Shown in pieces: positions 52,547 to 63,332 of a stretch of 64,000 bases of DNA. Numbering within the stretch: position 1 is the first letter of the stretch; every line of letters begins with the position of its first letter. The DNA is from Cyanobacteria bacterium auto_48_18 (GTDB taxonomy: Bacteria > Cyanobacteriota > Vampirovibrionia > Obscuribacterales > Obscuribacteraceae): assembly GCA_036170915.1 (NCBI GenBank), contig JAVHQC010000035.1, forward strand, positions 192,001-256,000, given 5' to 3'. The translations under genes were made by a program, and so were the position numbers. The notes under the pieces were generated by a model. It did not search any database, was not told the origin of the DNA, and was given only the letters and a program-made list of their open reading frames with translations.

Positions 52547-53965
52547 TTAGCCGTCGCGCAAACGAGTGCGTTGCTTCCAACCAAGGCGGAACACTGCTTC
52601 GTCAAAAAGCAAATTGTTTCGACAGGCCATATCGAGAGCAAGCAAAGCACGCTCTTCCGTTAAAAATTCAGTATCGAGAAGATAGATGGCTCGCAGAGCA
52701 CAATAAACAACTTGTTCGCTAAGCACTTTTGCCGCCACCAGCGCTTTGCTAACTTCGATGGCCTGGTTGTAATTGACTTCCAGACGCTCTTTCACCTCAA
52801 TGGGCAAATTTTCATCGGCCACATTTAAAGCACCTGTTTCACGTAACAGATGAAGCATTCTCTTGCTCGGATTAAGCAAAATGCGACTGACAGATGCCTC
52901 TGCCACAGCTCGATCAAAAGTCTGACCAAACTCTTTCATGCGGACATAAGTATCGCTGGCCAGCGCACTGTTGAGCATATTGTTGTCGATCATCTCTTGC
53001 AATTCAACAGTGGCATCTATGTAAGCTCGCTTCATACCGCACACTTCAGTCATCGCTTTACCTGACGCTTGCGCACCAGCTAAAGAACTTTGCAGCGACT
53101 CTAAGAGCTCTCCGTCGCTAATCAGTTCAGCTTCAAATAAAAGTTCGCCGATGCGCGGAGAACTGCGTAACATCGACCGCTTGAAACCGATATTGGCGGG
53201 CAATTTTTCCAGAGCAAGTTCGCGCTTATTAGATTCGGCAATCGCCTTAATGCACTGCTCTCGTTTAATAGATCCTCGGCGCACCAACTGTTGACCAAGC
53301 AATGCGGTTTCAAGCAACTGCTGTGAAATGATGCCGCGATAGCAAAGAATATGCCCTAAAGGCAGGCCTGTGCGCTGGTTAACGTCTAATGCTTGATCGA
53401 GTAAAGTGACGTCTACCACATGCGCGTCAATTAGTAGCTGCCCCAATTTATTGCTCAAATGATCTTCCGGTTGCACCACTCCAGATCGTTCGAAAGCATC
53501 AGACAAAGGCACCGCATTCTTAAAAGCTTCCGTCAGAACTTTCACACCCACTTCTAGAGGTAATTGCCGATCATTGATAAGAGTTTGAATATCGAGCGCC
53601 GAACGCAATTGCAATTCAGTCACATAACCCGATTTGGTCAAGACTTTACCAAGAGGCAAACCCTGATCTTCGAAGCTGCTCAGTGCAGTTTGAATAAAGT
53701 CAAAAGAAACTAAACCGGCATACATTAACAAGTCGCCAATACGAACGTGACCAGTGGCATGCAGCAAAGCATTCTTAGTATTGCTGGAATCAGCACGCTC
53801 TATCGCCACTGCTGCCAGACGCAGTGCTGTAGCGCTAGGCAATCTTGAAGCGTTCACTGGTGTCGCATTTGTTGCAGGTCTTGCGGCAGCATCAACATCA
53901 GTGAGTGTGCTTTCAGGCAACTCAGCGTTAGGCGCTTTAGCGCTATCTTCTTGAGAACCGTCCAC
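52547..53965 (-). CDS. Hypothetical protein with tandem MshEN-like repeats
   Basis: Repeats RIGDLL..AGL, PLGKVL..SGY, KLGQLL, PLGHIL..RGII, RIGELL. Confidence 0.72.
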   Translation of the reverse strand: MDGSQEDSAKAPNAELPESTLTDVDAAARPATNATPVNASRLPSATALRLAAVAIERADSSNTKNALLHATGHVRIGDLLMYAGLVSFDFIQTALSSFEDQGLPLGKVLTKSGYVTELQLRSALDIQTLINDRQLPLEVGVKVLTEAFKNAVPLSDAFERSGVVQPEDHLSNKLGQLLIDAHVVDVTLLDQALDVNQRTGLPLGHILCYRGIISQQLLETALLGQQLVRRGSIKREQCIKAIAESNKRELALEKLPANIGFKRSMLRSSPRIGELLFEAELISDGELLESLQSSLAGAQASGKAMTEVCGMKRAYIDATVELQEMIDNNMLNSALASDTYVRMKEFGQTFDRAVAEASVSRILLNPSKRMLHLLRETGALNVADENLPIEVKERLEVNYNQAIEVSKALVAAKVLSEQVVYCALRAIYLLDTEFLTEERALLALDMACRNNLLFDEAVFRLGWKQRTRLRDG

Positions 53966-54002
53966 TGCTGTACCCCTGAACTGATCTGAGTTACAAAATA
54001 AG

Positions 54003-54551
54003 TCAGTCAGGATGGCTGAAAAAGCTCAAGGCTGTTTTGCCGTATTCCCGATAATCCACTTTCACTAGGCTACCACCGTCAACTTCCATGAGATCGTCAC
54101 GATTGTGTTCAATAATGACAAGACCGTCTTTTGCCACAAGGTGAAACTCAACTAAAGCGGCAAGAATTTGACTGCCATAGCTCTTTTTGTATGGCGGATC
54201 AGCGTAAATAATATCGAAAACAGCCCCGTTTATGTGGGGCCAAACCCGCCTGACATCACAGATAACCACGTGAGCATCGCCAGGCACATTGAAGAGTACG
54301 CTGGACTTTTTGATACTGGTGGCCTGGGCTTTGTTTTCCTCAACAAAAGTTACAGCTTTAGCGCCGCGACTCAAGGCTTCAAAACCCATCAAGCCTGACC
54401 CGGCAAACAAGTCAAGAAAGTTGGCGCCGTTAATGCGTGAACCTAAAATGTTAAAAAAAGCCTGTCTGGCTTTCGATGATGTCGGACGCACGCTCATGCC
54501 ATCAGGACACGGCACGGACCTGCCTCTTAACTGACCGCCGGTAATTCTCAA
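54003..54551 (-). CDS. rsmD: 16S rRNA m2G966 methyltransferase RsmD
   Basis: RITGG, VRPT, LDLFAGSG, EALSRGA, DPPY, YG. TTG at 54551 is preferred (ORF is open to 54614). Confidence 0.92.
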   Translation of the reverse strand: MRITGGQLRGRSVPCPDGMSVRPTSSKARQAFFNILGSRINGANFLDLFAGSGLMGFEALSRGAKAVTFVEENKAQATSIKKSSVLFNVPGDAHVVICDVRRVWPHINGAVFDIIYADPPYKKSYGSQILAALVEFHLVAKDGLVIIEHNRDDLMEVDGGSLVKVDYREYGKTALSFFSHPD

Positions 54552-54680
54552 AACAACGCCCCTATTTAGGACCACATGATAACATGTGGTCTTGAGCGAG
54601 AGCCGCGGCCGCATGGTCCCCTAGGGTGACAATGTAATGCCGCCAATCTGGCGACGTACCCTTAAAATGAGGCAACCTAC

Positions 54681-55478
54681 ATGAGCGCACGGCGAATAGC
54701 GCGTGAACTGGCAATAATCGTTATGCCACAGCTTCCCAAAAATTCTGAAAAGCTGGCTAAGGTTGAAATCTCAGAAATCGTCGATCGGGCAATTCACATG
54801 CTTGTGGATTATGCCAAACAGAATTTAAAAGACGTCAATGCCATGCTCACCAAGGCCGGCAATGAATTAGTAAGCATTGAAGTTGAGCACGGCGATAACA
54901 GCAAGTCATCGGGCGAACTGGCCGCAGTGCCGCTAACCACTGCTCAGGTGCGCGATCAATTGAGCACTCTTGAAGTGTCAATTAACATGATTTCAGAAGC
55001 GCTAGATATTCCAGAAATGGCTCTGACAGCCAATAGCACATTACTTAAAACCAACTGCAAAAAATGTGGACACGTAGATGAAATAGCAATCGCTCGGCCT
55101 CACAAAGACGACATCCGCGAATTTCTTTTCCGCTTGATAGAAACCTATTTGGAAAATCGCGAAATTATCGACGAATATATCAAACGCGCAAGAACACAAT
55201 GGCGCATGGAGCGAATGGTTTCAATCGATCGAGACATTTTAAGATTGGCTTGCGCCGAGGCTTTTTATCTCACAGATATTCCAGTCAACGTAGCTATTTC
55301 AGAAGCAGTAGAATTATCGCATCGCTTTGCTGACGAAAAAGCAGCAAAATTCATCAACGGTGTGCTGGCCGATTTAGCTGAAGAAGCCGAAGCAGTAAGA
55401 CGCTCAGCCAGGCGTAAAGCTTACGCCGAGCGTGGGGGTCAAGGCGAGCCGGCAGAAACTGCCGACGCTGCCGAATAA
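54681..55478 (+). CDS. nusB: Transcription antitermination factor NusB (cyanobacterial type with insertion)
   Basis: RRIARELA, W..ER...IDRDILRL, VAISEAVEL, FINGVL. Confidence 0.9.
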   Translation: MSARRIARELAIIVMPQLPKNSEKLAKVEISEIVDRAIHMLVDYAKQNLKDVNAMLTKAGNELVSIEVEHGDNSKSSGELAAVPLTTAQVRDQLSTLEVSINMISEALDIPEMALTANSTLLKTNCKKCGHVDEIAIARPHKDDIREFLFRLIETYLENREIIDEYIKRARTQWRMERMVSIDRDILRLACAEAFYLTDIPVNVAISEAVELSHRFADEKAAKFINGVLADLAEEAEAVRRSARRKAYAERGGQGEPAETADAAE

Positions 55479-55504
55479 AGAAAGAAATTTAGTGAGGATT
55501 TTTC

Positions 55505-56623
55505 ATGAGTGAAGACGGGGAGAGAAAAGGTTTCTGGGGAACAACCCTGAACAAACTCAAATCGGTACTCGCTAAAACTAAAGATCAAGTCAGCGATCCT
55601 GATGCAGAAAATGAAGTTAGCACGACCTCTCTCTCATCAGATGCCAATACGGGCAGTGCATCAACATCCACCATCAGCGAAAATCAAGCTGTTAATGCTA
55701 ATGCCGCTAATATAAACGCAGCTAATTCAAGTGTAAATTCACCTGCTGTCAGCGCCACAGTCACTGCTGTCCAGCCCGTTGCGCCGGCAAAAAAAGCAGT
55801 CAAAATCGTCGACGCCGATTATATTGAAGCTCTAGAAGATCGGTTGATCAAGGCCGATCTCGGTCTTGCCACCGTTGACCCGCTGATGCAAATTCTGCGC
55901 AAAGACTCACGCGGCAAAAATTGGACTTCTGAAAATGTAGATCAGTTCCTCCAGCGAGAATTCAGCAAGCTTCTACAAGACGCTCCTGGTGCCGATCTCA
56001 GTTTCGTCGCCGGCAAAGTAAATGTTTATTTGATTGTCGGGGTCAATGGCGTAGGTAAAACCACAAGCATCGGCAAACTGGCATTTCGCTTTAAGAGCGA
56101 AGGTAAAAAAGTGCTGGTGGCTGCTGGTGATACCTTTAGAGCAGCAGCCGAATCTCAATTAGAAATCTGGTCACAACGAGCCAACGTAGACATTGTTAGA
56201 CTGGCCGATGGTGCTGATCCTGGCGCTGTAGTTTATCAAGCATTGCAGAAAGCTAGAGAAGAAAATTATGACGTCGTCATCATTGATACGGCCGGGCGAT
56301 TGCACAACAAAACAAATCTCATGGCCGAGCTGAAAAAAATTCGCACGGTGGTAGAAAAAAATAGTAGCGGCATGAATGTAGAATCACTGCTGGTGCTTGA
56401 TGCCTCAACAGGACAAAACGGCTTGCAGCAAGCCAAAGTTTTTTCTGAAATATGTGGCCTCACCGGGGTAGTTTTGACTAAACTTGACGGCACCGCCAAA
56501 GGTGGCGTGGTCTTTGCTATTGCTAAAGAGCTAAAAATTCCAGTCAAGCTCATCGGCTTGGGCGAAAAAATGGAAGACCTGCGCGATTTTGACTCGGCCA
56601 TGTTTGTTCAGGCGCTTTTTTAG
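55505..56623 (+). CDS. ftsY: Signal recognition particle receptor FtsY
   Basis: GVNGVGKTT, DTFRAAA, DTAGR, TGQNG, TKLDGTAKGG. Confidence 0.97.
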   Translation: MSEDGERKGFWGTTLNKLKSVLAKTKDQVSDPDAENEVSTTSLSSDANTGSASTSTISENQAVNANAANINAANSSVNSPAVSATVTAVQPVAPAKKAVKIVDADYIEALEDRLIKADLGLATVDPLMQILRKDSRGKNWTSENVDQFLQREFSKLLQDAPGADLSFVAGKVNVYLIVGVNGVGKTTSIGKLAFRFKSEGKKVLVAAGDTFRAAAESQLEIWSQRANVDIVRLADGADPGAVVYQALQKAREENYDVVIIDTAGRLHNKTNLMAELKKIRTVVEKNSSGMNVESLLVLDASTGQNGLQQAKVFSEICGLTGVVLTKLDGTAKGGVVFAIAKELKIPVKLIGLGEKMEDLRDFDSAMFVQALF

Positions 56624-56726
56624 CGAATTAATTCACACGCCGGCGCACTTGCTTCCAACCTGGGGCCCGGCCTTATATAATTGCGCCACCGTTAATAATA
56701 GAATGTGAAGTAAACAGGTACGAATC

Positions 56727-59129
56727 ATGGTTTCAGCCAGTAAAGCGGTTGGTACGCCTGCATTGAAAGATGCACGGCCACTGACAGCAGAGCAGTTGCA
56801 CAACACCATCGCTTATTGGAATGCAGCCAACTATTTATCAATAGGCCAGATTTATCTACTTGATAATCCATTGTTGCGCCAGAAACTCGAGTTAGGCCAC
56901 TGTAAACCACGATTGCTGGGTCACTGGGGAACGACACCGGGGCTGAATTTCATTTATGTGCACTGCAACCGTCTCATTAAGGCTCATGATCTCAACATGC
57001 TTTATGTGGCAGGCCCAGGTCATGGTGGACCTGGACTTGTTGCCAATACCTATTTAGAAGGAACTTACAGCGAAACCTATCCGTTAATTGAAGAAAATGC
57101 CGAAGGCATGCAGAAACTGTTCAAACAGTTTTCTTTCCCCGGCGGAATTCCGTCGCACGTGGCGCCTGAAACTCCAGGCTCCATTCACGAAGGCGGCGAG
57201 CTTGGTTATGCACTGGTGCACGCTTTTGGCGCCGTGCTTGATAATCCTGATTTGATTGTTTGTTGTGTTGTTGGAGATGGTGAGGCAGAAACAGGACCAT
57301 TAGCAGCCAGCTGGCATTCCAATAAATTTGTTAATCCCAGTCGCGACGGTATTGTCTTGCCGATTTTGCACCTCAACGGTTACAAAATTGCCAATCCCAC
57401 AATTCTTGCTCGCATGAGCGATGAAGAACTACAAAACCTTTTCAACGGTTATGGATATAAACCATATTTTGTCGAAGGTCATGAGCCTGAGGCCATGCAC
57501 CAGCTAATGGCTGCCACCATGGATGCAGCCCTGGCCGACATAGAAAAAATCAAAGCGGATTGCGCTAGAGATGGTTTTACCACTCGCCCTGTTTATCCCA
57601 TGATCATCTTACGCTCACCCAAAGGTTGGACCGGTCCTAAAACTGTGGATGGTATCGCCATTGAAGGCACCCATAGATCGCACCAGGTGCCCCTCAGTGA
57701 GATCTTCACTAATCCAGGCCACCTGGCACTACTCGAGCAATGGCTCAAGAGTTACAAGCCTGAAGAATTGTTTGATCAAAAAGGCGCCTTGCATGCTCAC
57801 TTGAAAGCACTTGCACCACAAGGTAACCGGCGCATGGGTGCAAACCCTCACGCAAACGGCGGCCTTTTGATGAAAGAGCTGCGTCTTCCTGATTTTAAAA
57901 ACTATGCACTCACAGTAGACAAGCCTGGCAGTGTCACCGGCGAAGCTACAAGAGTGCTAGGGCAATATTTGAAAGATGTCTTCAGCAAGAATGAAGATCG
58001 TCAAAACTTCCGACTATTTGGACCAGATGAAACTGCTTCCAACCGGCTTGGCGATGTTTTTAAAGTCACCAATAAAGTGTTCACCGACGAAATTTTAAGC
58101 ACCGATGATAATATCAGCCATGACGGTCGCGTAATGGAAGTGCTCAGCGAACACATGTGCCAGGGCTGGCTGGAAGGCTATCTGCTGACCGGCCGCCATG
58201 GTCTTTTTTCTTGTTATGAAGCATTCATTCACATCGTTGATTCGATGTTCAACCAGCACGCCAAATGGCTCAAGGTGACCAGACAAATTGGCTGGCGCAG
58301 ACCAATTGCTTCTCTCAATTATTTGCTTACTTCGCACGTATGGCGCCAGGATCACAATGGCTTCAGCCATCAAGATCCCGGGTTTATCGATCACGCAGTC
58401 AATAAAAAAGCAGATATTATTCGTGTTTATTTGCCACCAGATGCAAACACACTTTTATGTGTGGCCGATCGTTGTTTGCGCAGCCGTGACTTTATCAATA
58501 TCATCGTGGCTGGCAAGCAACCTGCTCCTCAATGGCTTGATATGGATACTGCAGCCAAGCACTGTTCTGCTGGTATTGGCATATGGGATTTTGCCAGTAA
58601 CGATCAGGATGGTGAACCAGATGCAGTGCTTGCCTGTGCCGGAGACGTACCAACCGTAGAAGCTCTGGCCGCCGTAGACTTATTGCGACAAGAACAACCC
58701 GATTTAAAAATTCGTTTTGTCAATGTAGTTGACTTGATGACACTGCAACCAAGCAGTGAACATCCTCATGGTCTCAGTGATCATAATTTTGATTCAATTT
58801 TCACTACAGACAAACCGATAATTTTTGCCTACCATGGCTATCCATGGCTGATTCACAGGCTGACTTACCGTCGCACTAACCATGAAAATCTCCACGTTCG
58901 CGGCTACAAAGAAGAAGGAAGCACCACAACACCATTTGACATGGTGGTCATGAATCATATCGATCGCTTCCATTTAGCCGAAGACATAATCGACAGAGTG
59001 CCGCGTTTAAAGCACTCTGCTGCTCGCACCAAACAAAAGCTGCAAGGCTACTTAATTGACCACAAAGATTATATTGAACAACACGGCGAAGACATGCCAC
59101 TGGTAAGCCAGTGGAAATGGCCTTCGTAA
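56727..59129 (+). CDS. xfp: Xylulose-5-phosphate/fructose-6-phosphate phosphoketolase
   Basis: [43 protein letters not shown]. Confidence 0.96.
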   Translation: MVSASKAVGTPALKDARPLTAEQLHNTIAYWNAANYLSIGQIYLLDNPLLRQKLELGHCKPRLLGHWGTTPGLNFIYVHCNRLIKAHDLNMLYVAGPGHGGPGLVANTYLEGTYSETYPLIEENAEGMQKLFKQFSFPGGIPSHVAPETPGSIHEGGELGYALVHAFGAVLDNPDLIVCCVVGDGEAETGPLAASWHSNKFVNPSRDGIVLPILHLNGYKIANPTILARMSDEELQNLFNGYGYKPYFVEGHEPEAMHQLMAATMDAALADIEKIKADCARDGFTTRPVYPMIILRSPKGWTGPKTVDGIAIEGTHRSHQVPLSEIFTNPGHLALLEQWLKSYKPEELFDQKGALHAHLKALAPQGNRRMGANPHANGGLLMKELRLPDFKNYALTVDKPGSVTGEATRVLGQYLKDVFSKNEDRQNFRLFGPDETASNRLGDVFKVTNKVFTDEILSTDDNISHDGRVMEVLSEHMCQGWLEGYLLTGRHGLFSCYEAFIHIVDSMFNQHAKWLKVTRQIGWRRPIASLNYLLTSHVWRQDHNGFSHQDPGFIDHAVNKKADIIRVYLPPDANTLLCVADRCLRSRDFINIIVAGKQPAPQWLDMDTAAKHCSAGIGIWDFASNDQDGEPDAVLACAGDVPTVEALAAVDLLRQEQPDLKIRFVNVVDLMTLQPSSEHPHGLSDHNFDSIFTTDKPIIFAYHGYPWLIHRLTYRRTNHENLHVRGYKEEGSTTTPFDMVVMNHIDRFHLAEDIIDRVPRLKHSAARTKQKLQGYLIDHKDYIEQHGEDMPLVSQWKWPS

Positions 59130-59162
59130 ATTTAGACCTCACAACCAGCCAGGAGCTCATCG

Positions 59163-61703
59163 ATGGTACCCACCAATTCAACCGACGTCGAAACCATTGT
59201 TCGTATAGAGGACGACCGCACCGGCACTTCTATTGAAACTTTAAGAAGAGCCATGGCCGACCATCTTTTCTATACCATTGGGCGCTTTCCTGAATTGGCC
59301 ACCAAACATGATTTATACATGGCCCTGTCGTACACAGTAAGAGATCGCTTGTTGCACCGCTGGATTAACACCGTCGAGACTTACTTCAAAGAAAAAGTAC
59401 GCATCGTTTGCTATTTGTCAGCTGAGTTTTTGATGGGGCCGCAGCTAGGCAATAATTTGCTCAGCATGGGTCTGGAAAAACAATTTTCTGAAGCTGCAGA
59501 ATTGTCTGGCATTTTGCTGGAAGACATGATTGATGAAGAAGAAGAGCCAGGGCTAGGTAACGGCGGTCTCGGACGCCTTGCCGCATGCTACCTCGATTCG
59601 CTGGCAACACTGAGCATTCCTGCCATAGGTTATGGTATTCGCTATGAATTCGGCATTTTCGATCAAGAAATTCATGACGGCTGGCAGGTAGAAGTAACAG
59701 ATAAATGGCTGCGTCTCGGAAACCCCTGGGAGATAGCCAGACCAGAAGCGGCTGTGGAAGTAAAGATCGGTGGGCGCATCGACATACACACTGATGCTCA
59801 GGGCAAAAATATTGTGGACTGGATACCAGAGCACATCATTAGCGGCGTACCGTACGACACTCCAGTGCCAGGATACAAAACCAATACCGCTAATACACTG
59901 CGTTTGTGGAAAGCAGAAGCTAAAGAATCTTTCGACTTCCAGGCCTTTAACGCCGGCGATTATCTGGGTGCCGTGAACGACAAAGTATTTTCAGAAAATG
60001 TCTCCAAAGTACTTTATCCCAATGATAACGTTGCTCAAGGAAAGCGCTTGCGTCTTGAACAACAATACTTCTTCGTCGCCTGTTCATTGCAAGACTGCGT
60101 GCGCATTCTAAAAGCATCAGGCAGTTCCATCGAACAATTCCACGAAAAATTTGCTTTCCAATTAAACGATACCCATCCCTCAATCGCCGTGCCTGAACTG
60201 ATGCGTATTCTTATGGATGAGCATGGTATGGAGTGGAATCAAGCCTGGACAATAACCACCAATACTTTTGCTTATACCAACCACACGCTCTTACCAGAGG
60301 CTCTAGAAAAATGGTCGGTGCCACTCTTTGCAGCGGTACTGCCACGCCACATCAATATTATCTATGAAATAAATCGACGCTTCCTTGATCAAGTTCGCAA
60401 GCTTTATCCTAATGATGAAGCCATCGTGCAAAGACTTTCTCTAATAGACGATTCGGGCACTCACTATGTGCGCATGGCCAATCTTGCCTGCGTCGGTAGC
60501 CATGCAATCAATGGTGTAGCTGCTCTACATACCGAGTTGCTTAAGCAAGATGTACTCGCCGATTTCTTCAAACTATGGCCAGAGAAATTCAGCAATAAAA
60601 CCAATGGCATTACCCCCAGACGTTTCATTGCTCTGGCAAATCCTGATTTGACTAAACTCATCACAAGCAAAATCGGCGATGGCTGGTTGCAAGACTTGAC
60701 TCTATTGAAAAATCTTGAACCATTTGCCGACGACCCTGGTTTCCTCAGAGAATGGGCTCAAGTAAAGCGTGACCAGAAAGTGCGCCTAGCAAAATATATC
60801 TTTAAACATTGCCACATAGAAGTAGATCCTGACTCGCTCTACGATGTACAGGCAAAACGGATGCATGAATACAAAAGACAGCATTTGAATGTTCTGCACA
60901 TTGTTTATCTCTACAACCAGATTAAGAAAAATCCTGATCTGAAAATTACACCGCGTACCTTCTTGTTTGCTGGTAAAGCTGCCCCTGGATATTTCAGCGC
61001 TAAATTAGTGATTAAACTAATTAACTCAGTGGCAGATGTGATCAATAACGATAAAGACGTGGCCGGACGCATCAAAGTGGCTTTCATACCAGACTTTAAC
61101 GTTACGCTAGGACAAATTTTGTATCCTGCGGCTGACTTGAGCGAACAAATTTCCACAGCCGGTAAAGAAGCATCAGGCACCGGCAACATGAAGTTTGCCT
61201 TAAACGGAGCTTTGACCATAGGCACTCTCGACGGTGCCAATATCGAAATGTTGGAAGACATCGGCGAAGAAAACTTCTTCCTGTTTGGCCTTACAGCAGC
61301 GCAAGTGCACGAACTCAAAGCCAAAGGTTACCGTCCGCAAGACTACTACGACAAAAATCCGGCCTTGCGTGAAGTAATCGAGCTAATTAAAAACGGTCAC
61401 TTCTCTCCAGACGAACCAAGCCGATTCCGCGCGATTACAGACCAATTGCTTTATCACGACGACTATTTGCTTTTCGCTGATTTCGACTCGTACGTCGCCT
61501 GTCAAGAAAGAGCTGCCCAAGCGTATTCTGAACAGAGCAATTGGACCAGAATGTCAGTATTGAACGTGGCTCGAATGGGCAAATTCTCTTCAGACCGTTC
61601 TATTCGTGAATATTGCGAAGACATCTGGCATGTAGAGCCTGTGCAAGTTGAACTGGAACACTATCAACCAGAAAATGCTCTGCTCAAAGTTTGCTTCATT
61701 TAA
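59163..61703 (+). CDS. glgP: Glycogen/starch phosphorylase
   Basis: GNGGLGRLAAC, QLNDTHP, KRMHEYKRQ, EASGTGNMKF, GTLDGAN. Confidence 0.97.
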   Translation: MVPTNSTDVETIVRIEDDRTGTSIETLRRAMADHLFYTIGRFPELATKHDLYMALSYTVRDRLLHRWINTVETYFKEKVRIVCYLSAEFLMGPQLGNNLLSMGLEKQFSEAAELSGILLEDMIDEEEEPGLGNGGLGRLAACYLDSLATLSIPAIGYGIRYEFGIFDQEIHDGWQVEVTDKWLRLGNPWEIARPEAAVEVKIGGRIDIHTDAQGKNIVDWIPEHIISGVPYDTPVPGYKTNTANTLRLWKAEAKESFDFQAFNAGDYLGAVNDKVFSENVSKVLYPNDNVAQGKRLRLEQQYFFVACSLQDCVRILKASGSSIEQFHEKFAFQLNDTHPSIAVPELMRILMDEHGMEWNQAWTITTNTFAYTNHTLLPEALEKWSVPLFAAVLPRHINIIYEINRRFLDQVRKLYPNDEAIVQRLSLIDDSGTHYVRMANLACVGSHAINGVAALHTELLKQDVLADFFKLWPEKFSNKTNGITPRRFIALANPDLTKLITSKIGDGWLQDLTLLKNLEPFADDPGFLREWAQVKRDQKVRLAKYIFKHCHIEVDPDSLYDVQAKRMHEYKRQHLNVLHIVYLYNQIKKNPDLKITPRTFLFAGKAAPGYFSAKLVIKLINSVADVINNDKDVAGRIKVAFIPDFNVTLGQILYPAADLSEQISTAGKEASGTGNMKFALNGALTIGTLDGANIEMLEDIGEENFFLFGLTAAQVHELKAKGYRPQDYYDKNPALREVIELIKNGHFSPDEPSRFRAITDQLLYHDDYLLFADFDSYVACQERAAQAYSEQSNWTRMSVLNVARMGKFSSDRSIREYCEDIWHVEPVQVELEHYQPENALLKVCFI

Positions 61704-61706
61704 AAT

Positions 61707-63332
61707 ATGCCCATGCCACTGAAGTATAAAATCAATAAATCACTGGCGAAATCACTAGCACTGATCGCCATGGCTCTTTGTTTCAGTGGCGCGGCTATGG
61801 CCGTTGATTCGAGCAAGTTGGACGATACTGAGAGCAAAGTAGAACCAATTGGTATTGTCGGTTTTTCATTCAAGTATGTAGGTGAAGAATATCCTCAAGT
61901 GGGCAATCTTTTACCAGAAGGCCCGGCAGCCAAGCTCGATATAAAGACAGGTGATCAGCTCTTGGCCATCGACGGGCAAGACACCGCTTTACTCAGTATC
62001 AGCCGATCGCGCGCATTGCTCACAGGCAAGCCTGGTACACCAGTGACAATTAAGCTCAAGCGTGGCGAGAAAGTTTTTGATCAGGTGCTCGAGCGCATGC
62101 CAAGCACAGAAGTAAAAGATCAGCGTTTGCGCAATATGATTGAACATTACCGCTCAAGGCAAAACATTGAAGCAGACGCACCACTGTTGCTGTGTCAATT
62201 TTGCGAGCCTGGGCCTTCAGTGGTGGAGTTTAGTAGCGGTGAGCGAAATAAACTTCTAGCCGCCAAAGAAAAAGAAGGGCTGAGCGTCAAACACGTTGAC
62301 CTCGATGACGCTAAATCGGCAAGGCTACTTACCGCCCTGGGCCTAACTGCTAAATCACCACCGCTCTATTATTTTGCTGGCATTCTCACCGCCCAGGGAG
62401 TGCTGGAAAAGCGACCGCTGACAGCTGAAGTTCTGGCGGCCAATCTCAAACAAATTAACTGGCTGCCTGGTCAAGACAGTCTGCACAAAAGCATGATTGA
62501 GCAGTATGAAACCTTGCGCAAACAGTCGTGGCAACCAAGCGCCAATGCTGATAGCTTGAGCAACAGCCCTGAGTACAGAGGCAGGCGTGAGGCCGCAGCA
62601 CAGACTGTCAAACAATATGTCAGGCTGCATAATAGCGGCAGTGACCATGCTACAGCCATGAGAGCTATGCTGGCGCCCGAAGCTATATCATTCGGCTTAC
62701 CGCCCATGGGCAAACTTCTGTTTGAACAAAGCGATTCTGAGCCCAATGTACTGGTGGTGGGAAATAATTATGCGGTGGCGCGCACCAGACTGAGCGATCC
62801 AAAACCCCTGGATGTTTATTTTTATCTGCGTCGCGACAGCAAGTGGAAAATAACGGCATTGCGGGCTCTGGCTTGCAACGGCCCATTGGGAGCCATTGCT
62901 GATCAACTGCACAAGAAGAAAGCGTCAGGCAACCTAAATGCTGAAGAAAATCAAACTCTGCAAAACTTAGAGATTACTTTAGCCACAGACAACGACTTAA
63001 AAATCTGGTTCAAACAAAACCAGAGTGCACTTGACCAATTGGCTCAGGCTGGCTCTCAGATACCGCCGGGCACAAGCATTATCGTCAATGATCACCGCCA
63101 GCCGCACGAGGTAAGCGAGAATCTAGTGGTGAAAGAGAAGCTCAAAATGCTCCATCTTTCCAGCCTGAATAAAGTAGACGAAAAACAAATTGAAATTATT
63201 ATTGGTGGTGTTACCGACAATACCGTTGGTTTTCTCTATGCGCCCGACAATAAACCGCCACTTTTGGGTCCATCAGAATATATTTGGGTAGAGAAAGTAG
63301 CTGATAAGTGGTACCTCTTCAGGACTACCTAA
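61707..63332 (+). CDS. Exported PDZ-domain protein with uncharacterised C-terminal region
   Basis: Signal peptide; PDZ-like GIVG...GPAA..IKTGDQLLAIDG...G.PGTPV; no S41 protease motif seen. Confidence 0.75.
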   Translation: MPMPLKYKINKSLAKSLALIAMALCFSGAAMAVDSSKLDDTESKVEPIGIVGFSFKYVGEEYPQVGNLLPEGPAAKLDIKTGDQLLAIDGQDTALLSISRSRALLTGKPGTPVTIKLKRGEKVFDQVLERMPSTEVKDQRLRNMIEHYRSRQNIEADAPLLLCQFCEPGPSVVEFSSGERNKLLAAKEKEGLSVKHVDLDDAKSARLLTALGLTAKSPPLYYFAGILTAQGVLEKRPLTAEVLAANLKQINWLPGQDSLHKSMIEQYETLRKQSWQPSANADSLSNSPEYRGRREAAAQTVKQYVRLHNSGSDHATAMRAMLAPEAISFGLPPMGKLLFEQSDSEPNVLVVGNNYAVARTRLSDPKPLDVYFYLRRDSKWKITALRALACNGPLGAIADQLHKKKASGNLNAEENQTLQNLEITLATDNDLKIWFKQNQSALDQLAQAGSQIPPGTSIIVNDHRQPHEVSENLVVKEKLKMLHLSSLNKVDEKQIEIIIGGVTDNTVGFLYAPDNKPPLLGPSEYIWVEKVADKWYLFRTT

